A program made the position numbers and the translations under genes. From positions 1,888,001 to 1,952,000 of the forward strand of contig OZ220733.1 of the NCBI GenBank assembly GCA_965116875.1: 64,000 nucleotides of DNA, read 5' to 3'. This stretch comes from Candidatus Latescibacterota bacterium (GTDB taxonomy: Bacteria; Latescibacterota; UBA2968; GCA-2709665). This document shows, piece after piece, positions 59,019 to 64,000 of the stretch. Position 1 is the stretch's first letter. Each line of letters begins with the position of its first letter. The notes under the pieces were generated by a model. It was not told the origin of the DNA and did no database searches. It was given only the letters and a program-made list of their open reading frames with translations.

Positions 59019-60977
59019 ATGTCCAATCCCCTCGCCGCCACCGAGCATGCGCCGGCACAAATGCCGGCGGACCGGGGCGTTTCGCTCCGATCGATCCTTC
59101 TGGCCATGATCGTCTCGGTGGCCGCGTGCGTCTGGGTCAACTACATCGAGTACGTTATCCACGCCTCCCGCATGACCCTCAGCCACTTCCCGATGGGTTC
59201 GCTGATGGTCTACCTCACCCTTGCCCTGCTCCTCAATCCGCTTTGCAGGAAACTCGCCAGGAGATATGCGCTCTCGCCCACGGAACTCAAAGTGATCCTG
59301 GCCGGCGGCCTGGTCGGCGGCGCCATCCCTTCGGTGGGTCTGACGGGCTATTTTCTGGGCGCCATCGCGGCGCCGTACTATTTCGCAACACCGGAAAACC
59401 AGTGGGGCGAGTTCTTCCACCCCTACATTCCCCAGTGGCTGGCGCCGCGAAACGTCAACCATGCGCTGGACCACCTGTTCGAAGGCGGCCCGCCGGGCAT
59501 GGACATTCCCTGGGAGGTCTGGTACATCCCCCTGGCCGCATGGATGGCGTTGATCACGGCACTCTTCGTGGCCTCCACAAGCCTCTCCGTCATTCTCCGC
59601 CGCCAGTGGGTGGAGAGCGAAAGGTTGAGCTACCCCATCCTGCGCCCGGTCCTGGATCTCACCGACCGGGAGAATTCCGGTTTTTCCGGGCGTTTCTGGA
59701 TCGGTTTCTCCATTGCCCTGGGAATTATCAGCTGGAACATGATCCACTACTTCGTACCCGGATTCCCGCAGATTCCCAATATCCGCTGGGGTCCCTGGGT
59801 GCTATTCGAACGATATTTCCCCGGAATCTGGACCCGCGTCAATATGTTCACCATCTCCTTTGCCTACTTCGCCAATATCGACGTTCTGTTCAGCCTGTGG
59901 TTCTTCTGCGTTCTCTTCATCCTGCGCAGCGGCGTCCTCAATCGATACGGCTTTAACGCGAGCAGCATCTATACGACGTCGGGCGAGTTTGCATGGCTTC
60001 AACTCGGCGGATTCGTCACGCTGGTTGGCTGGGGGATGTGGATCGCGCGGCACCACCTTGGATCGGTAATGAGAATCGCCATCGGCCGGAGCGCGCCCCT
60101 GGATAATGCCGACGAAATGATGAGATACCGAACGGCCGTTCTGGGTTTCATCCTGAGCACCCTCTTCGCCGTCTTCTGGTTCTGGCGCGCGGGCATGGGG
60201 TTCGGGGTTGCCTGCCTTTCCGTTCTGGCAACCCTGATCATCTTTCTTGGCGTGTCCCGCATCGTGGCCGAAGTCGGTCTTGTCTTTGTCTGTACGCCGA
60301 TCGGCCAGCAGGAGATCGTCACCCGGCTGATCGGGCCCCGAAATCTTTCCGGGCCGAGCCTGACTGTGCTGGCTTTTTCCAACGCGCTTACCTCGTTCGG
60401 CAAGGGTTTGTTCATGCCCTCCGTGGTTCACGCCACAAAAATCGCCGACCTGTGCCCGCGCGAGCAGCGACCCCGCGTGCTGACCGCAATTTTCCTGGCG
60501 TTTGCCGCGGGCGTGGTCGCATCCATCGCGTATACGCTCTACCTGGGATACACTCACGGAGCCTACAATTTCAATGACTTCCCGTTCACCCGATACAGCC
60601 GGAGCGGTTTTGCGAATGCGCTGTCGAAAATGAAGGACCCGGCCGTCGAGACCAGCATCCGACCGATATTGCTGGGCATCGGGGCAGCGGTCATGTCCGT
60701 CCTTACGTTTATGAAATACCGCTTTCCATGGTGGCCCCTTCATCCGGTAGGCTTTGCCATTGCGGGCATTTCGTACGTACACTTTTCCACCTTTTCCGTG
60801 TTCATCGCCTGGTGCATCAAGTTCATTGTCCTGCGTATCGGCGGGGCGGCGCTGTACAGGCGATATATCCCGTTCTTTCTGGGCATATTGACGGGTTATA
60901 CGACCGGCGTGGGGCTTTCCCTTGTGGTGGACATCATCTGGTTCCCCGGCGCCGGCCATTCGATTCATGGATATTGA
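59019..60977 (+). CDS. DUF6785/DUF6784-like polytopic membrane protein (putative transporter)
   Basis: YYFATPENQW, RRQWVESERLSYP, RIVAEVG, PWWPLHPVGF; many TMs. The track's 58956 start is MITE-derived. Confidence 0.8.
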   Translation: MSNPLAATEHAPAQMPADRGVSLRSILLAMIVSVAACVWVNYIEYVIHASRMTLSHFPMGSLMVYLTLALLLNPLCRKLARRYALSPTELKVILAGGLVGGAIPSVGLTGYFLGAIAAPYYFATPENQWGEFFHPYIPQWLAPRNVNHALDHLFEGGPPGMDIPWEVWYIPLAAWMALITALFVASTSLSVILRRQWVESERLSYPILRPVLDLTDRENSGFSGRFWIGFSIALGIISWNMIHYFVPGFPQIPNIRWGPWVLFERYFPGIWTRVNMFTISFAYFANIDVLFSLWFFCVLFILRSGVLNRYGFNASSIYTTSGEFAWLQLGGFVTLVGWGMWIARHHLGSVMRIAIGRSAPLDNADEMMRYRTAVLGFILSTLFAVFWFWRAGMGFGVACLSVLATLIIFLGVSRIVAEVGLVFVCTPIGQQEIVTRLIGPRNLSGPSLTVLAFSNALTSFGKGLFMPSVVHATKIADLCPREQRPRVLTAIFLAFAAGVVASIAYTLYLGYTHGAYNFNDFPFTRYSRSGFANALSKMKDPAVETSIRPILLGIGAAVMSVLTFMKYRFPWWPLHPVGFAIAGISYVHFSTFSVFIAWCIKFIVLRIGGAALYRRYIPFFLGILTGYTTGVGLSLVVDIIWFPGAGHSIHGY

Positions 60978-61058
60978 AATATACACGGCGATGGACCATG
61001 ATTAAATTCAATTGGGAAAAAGACTACAGTCAATTTGGCCATAACGAGCCAATATGCG

Positions 61059-61183
61059 GGGAGACGGTAGAGGTGAGACGGGAGAAGATACCCTTGCCCG
61101 GCATGCTATTCCTTCTTGCCTTCGGCACGAAAAGAATCCTCACGAGGCAGGCAATCTCTCCCCTCTCCCGTCTTCCGTCTACC
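61059..61183 (+). repeat. Heptamer-armed 125-bp element, copy C
   Basis: GGGAGAC GGTAGAG GTGAGAC GGGAGAA, 69-bp core (54/69 identical to copy B), CTCTCCC CTCTCCC GTCTTCC GTCTACC. Confidence 0.8.
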
Positions 61184-61213
61184 CGCTTCTGAGGGGCAGG
61201 GGGGAGAGGTTCT

Positions 61214-61346
61214 GTTCACGTCCAGCAATCTTGTGTATCCTGCCTGCCTGTCGAACGTAGGCAGACAGGGTAATCCGCAGTTGAATCGCCTTTATTGACT
61301 TGCACATATTCGATTTAACGTCCACGAAAACTTACGAATCAAGGTT
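61214..61346 (+). repeat. 133-bp dispersed repeat family D, copy 2
   Basis: Matches 28374-28506. Confidence 0.85.
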
Positions 61347-61351
61347 AGGTC

Positions 61352-62590
61352 ATGGTTGATATCCGCCAGACCTTCAACTGGCACGACGTCCACGGGAACC
61401 GGGACTATGTGTTCGGCGAAGACGGATACCTGAAGATGGACGCATCCAGGTCGCCCGTCCAGTGCAGCCGTCAACTCAGGGAGAAGATCACCGACCGTGG
61501 CGGCACGCTTGAACTGGCCATGCGTGTGGTACTCGACGAGCCGGAATACCACACGCTTTATACCCTTCGACTCTTCGATAGCACGGACCGCCCCGCCGTC
61601 GTATGCCATATCCGGAGGGATGGCTGCCTGCTGTTCCAGGGTGAGAACGAGCTTCTTGACTCGGGCCGGTTCCTCACGTTTCAGGGCGACTGTCCTTTCA
61701 ACGATCGCACCCGGCGCAAGTGGTACGTCGTCGAATCCGACGAACACGTCTACACGTTCGAGGGCTTTGACTTTTCAAACCGGACTGCCGTCTTTCTTCT
61801 GGACGGTGAACGACCGGTCACCGTACCTTTCCGCAACCCGGTACGGGACATCGCAAGAATGGAACTCCGGACGGGCGGCGTAGGAATCGGCCGGTATCTC
61901 CGCGTTAGACACGTGAAACAGTTCGCCGCCGGCAGAGAGATCGACCGGGAAGACCATCCGTTCCACTGGAAACCGGTCCCCCCGCCCCGGGACGGGGAAC
62001 CGGACGACAATGTCTGTGAGAGCAGGCTCAGACCCGTTCAGAATCGATGGCTCGAACTCATCACCCGGTACGGATTCGTGACCACGACCTTTCCCGTCAT
62101 TCCCAAAGGCACGCTGGAATTCGATGTCAAGTCGCCGGACGTATCCGCTGAAGCCTGTATCCTGCTGGGCGAGTACGACGGATCCATCAAGTGTTTCCGA
62201 AAAATCCAGACGGGAATCCTGACAAACCGCATGACCGTTGCCACCGGCCATCCGACGCCCGGCTTCAACACGTTCGATCATTCGGTCGTTCCCGAAAACG
62301 ACCGTGCATACCGGTTCAGGATTGCGTGGGATGCAGGGACCAACAAGCAACAGATCTGGATCGACGGCGTGCCGCAGCGATACCAGGGCGAAACGGAAAT
62401 CGAAATCGACGGCCTCTGGGGTAAAGAAAAGCGCATGACCCGTGGCATCGACACCATCTCCCTGCATCCCGGACTGCTGGGGGCCGCACGTCTTACATCC
62501 ATCCAGAAGGCACAAGGCAGAACGCTCGAGATTCCGCCGGAGCCCCTCCGGACGTGGTGGGGAAACTTCAGGCTGCGCGCCCTGGAATAA
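61352..62590 (+). CDS. Hypothetical beta-rich protein (two concanavalin/LamG-like halves)
   Basis: 412-aa ORF; GTLELAM / GTLEFDV and FLLDGE / IWIDGV recur; no signal peptide. Confidence 0.6.
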   Translation: MVDIRQTFNWHDVHGNRDYVFGEDGYLKMDASRSPVQCSRQLREKITDRGGTLELAMRVVLDEPEYHTLYTLRLFDSTDRPAVVCHIRRDGCLLFQGENELLDSGRFLTFQGDCPFNDRTRRKWYVVESDEHVYTFEGFDFSNRTAVFLLDGERPVTVPFRNPVRDIARMELRTGGVGIGRYLRVRHVKQFAAGREIDREDHPFHWKPVPPPRDGEPDDNVCESRLRPVQNRWLELITRYGFVTTTFPVIPKGTLEFDVKSPDVSAEACILLGEYDGSIKCFRKIQTGILTNRMTVATGHPTPGFNTFDHSVVPENDRAYRFRIAWDAGTNKQQIWIDGVPQRYQGETEIEIDGLWGKEKRMTRGIDTISLHPGLLGAARLTSIQKAQGRTLEIPPEPLRTWWGNFRLRALE

Positions 62591-62637
62591 CCGCCCGCCG
62601 GCGCAAGCCGACAACTACGGCTCAATGAGAGATCGCT

Positions 62638-64000
62638 ATGCAAACCCATCGATATCCCTGCACGATGTACAAGCCCGATGACCTTGCGCGCGCAAGGGAG
62701 AATATAAACCGGCACGCGTGGGCCAGGGAACTCTACGGGCAGATCAAATCGCAGGCCGCTTACTATCTGACGATGGACCGGGACCGGATGCGGTCATTCA
62801 TAAGTGACCAGACGCCGCTCGTCACCGTCGTCTGCCCCAACTGCGGCTGCGGTCCCTGGTACGCCTACAGCCTGACCAACCAGGGCGACACACTTCAATG
62901 TACGGACTGCAAAACGACGTGGCACTGGGACCCGGAGGACACGTCCGAAACCTGGAATATCCAGGCGGTGGTCCGCACCTACCGCCTGAAATACATCCTC
63001 GGCGGCCTGGAGAGCGCCGGTATTGCGTACGGTATCGAAGGCGACGTGCGTTACGCCGAAAAAGCCGCCGTTCTGGTGGAACGATTCGCGGAAGTATTCG
63101 AGAACTACAGGCTGAACCAGGTCAACAAGAACGTCTGGCACGATCAGAACGATCCCTATTACGGGAAAATCGACGGCTGGAAGCAGAGGGATGCCTGGTG
63201 CGCCCGAACCGTACTGATCGCCTATGACCTCATCCGAGGCTCAGGCGTGCTCAATGACGAACAGCGGCGGTCCATCGATTCCTTTGTGGAGTACGTCCGA
63301 GACTATTTCGTCGAGTCCTTCAACAACCCGGGAACCTCAACGCTCGAGGGATATCAATATACCGACGATCTCTCACCGTATCTCTCGCACTTTTCGATAC
63401 AGGACCACGGCGGCGCGTGGTGGTGCATCGCGGCTTCCGCAGCGCTGACGGGCGACACCGAAATCCTGCGGTCCGTCGTCAGGTTGTACGAAGACATGCT
63501 CAAGCCCGAGGCCGGCGTGTTCTTCCAGGACGGCGCGTTTTACGAATGCACGGCCGACTACACCCTGGGACTGCTCCAGACAACCATCGGCATCCCGGAA
63601 ATCATCCGCGGCAACCTGGACACCGACGTGTACGCCAATCCCCGTTGCGCCCTCCTGGAGAAGTGTTACACCTGGTTCCTGGACGCCGCGTTTCCGAACG
63701 ACACCAACCCGGCGATCAACGATTCGCACGTGGGAAGTCCGCTGCGCCCTTTCTGTTCGGAAATCGCCTATATCGTCTACAACAACCAGAAGGCGCTGCG
63801 TCATCTCAAGACCGTCTGGGGCGCCGAACTGAACGGCGGCACCGAATATTCCCTCTTCTACAGAGATCCGGACGCCGCGGTAGACAGTGACGGCGAACCC
63901 TACGCGACGTCAAGCGTCCACCTGCCCGATATCGGACTCATGATTCTGCGTCAGGGCGAAGACAAGCCGTCGCGGACCATGGCCTTCATCGACTACGGCC
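62638..64000 (+). CDS. Heparinase II/III-like polysaccharide lyase with Cys4 zinc finger, truncated by the window edge
   Basis: Translated by hand: MQTHRYP...ARARENINRHAWA, CPNC...CTDC, AYGIEGDVRYAEKA, DGAFYECTADY, PAINDS, GLMILRQG, FIDYG. Not in the ORF track. Confidence 0.75.
   Translation, partial: MQTHRYPCTMYKPDDLARARENINRHAWARELYGQIKSQAAYYLTMDRDRMRSFISDQTPLVTVVCPNCGCGPWYAYSLTNQGDTLQCTDCKTTWHWDPEDTSETWNIQAVVRTYRLKYILGGLESAGIAYGIEGDVRYAEKAAVLVERFAEVFENYRLNQVNKNVWHDQNDPYYGKIDGWKQRDAWCARTVLIAYDLIRGSGVLNDEQRRSIDSFVEYVRDYFVESFNNPGTSTLEGYQYTDDLSPYLSHFSIQDHGGAWWCIAASAALTGDTEILRSVVRLYEDMLKPEAGVFFQDGAFYECTADYTLGLLQTTIGIPEIIRGNLDTDVYANPRCALLEKCYTWFLDAAFPNDTNPAINDSHVGSPLRPFCSEIAYIVYNNQKALRHLKTVWGAELNGGTEYSLFYRDPDAAVDSDGEPYATSSVHLPDIGLMILRQGEDKPSRTMAFIDYG

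Overview
High-GC bacterial chromosome segment. The gene content (PorV-like barrel, DUF6785-type membrane protein, heparinase II/III-like protein, PhyH paralogues, CxxxY-type CcmE) suggests an FCB-related lineage such as Latescibacterota or Gemmatimonadota; this is inference only. Left edge: a lower-GC PHP + SMC-like ATPase gene (Ppl/TrlF-like defence candidate) that runs off the window and is absent from the ORF track. Next come a peptidase-propeller-Omp85 protein, an unusual 6TM ion channel in frame with an MFS gene that lacks a canonical start, and a cluster of antitoxins without intact toxins beside tRNA-Lys(CTT). Housekeeping blocks follow: moaC/moeA, RNase E/G-rplU-rpmA-mdh, acnA/LysR, gpmI-sucC, and FmdB-dnaK with a sigma54-type promoter. 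Further right are a ccmEFH..ABCD cluster, a long tgt-yajC-fmt-kdgK-eda minus-strand run, a complete IS1380, and a candidate glycan-utilisation cluster at the right edge. Intergenic DNA holds at least six small repeat or MITE families. One is a ~125-bp element with inverted heptamer arms, and some MITEs supply stop codons or in-frame coding sequence. No CRISPR array or rRNA was seen. All calls are by eye from motifs; no searches were run.
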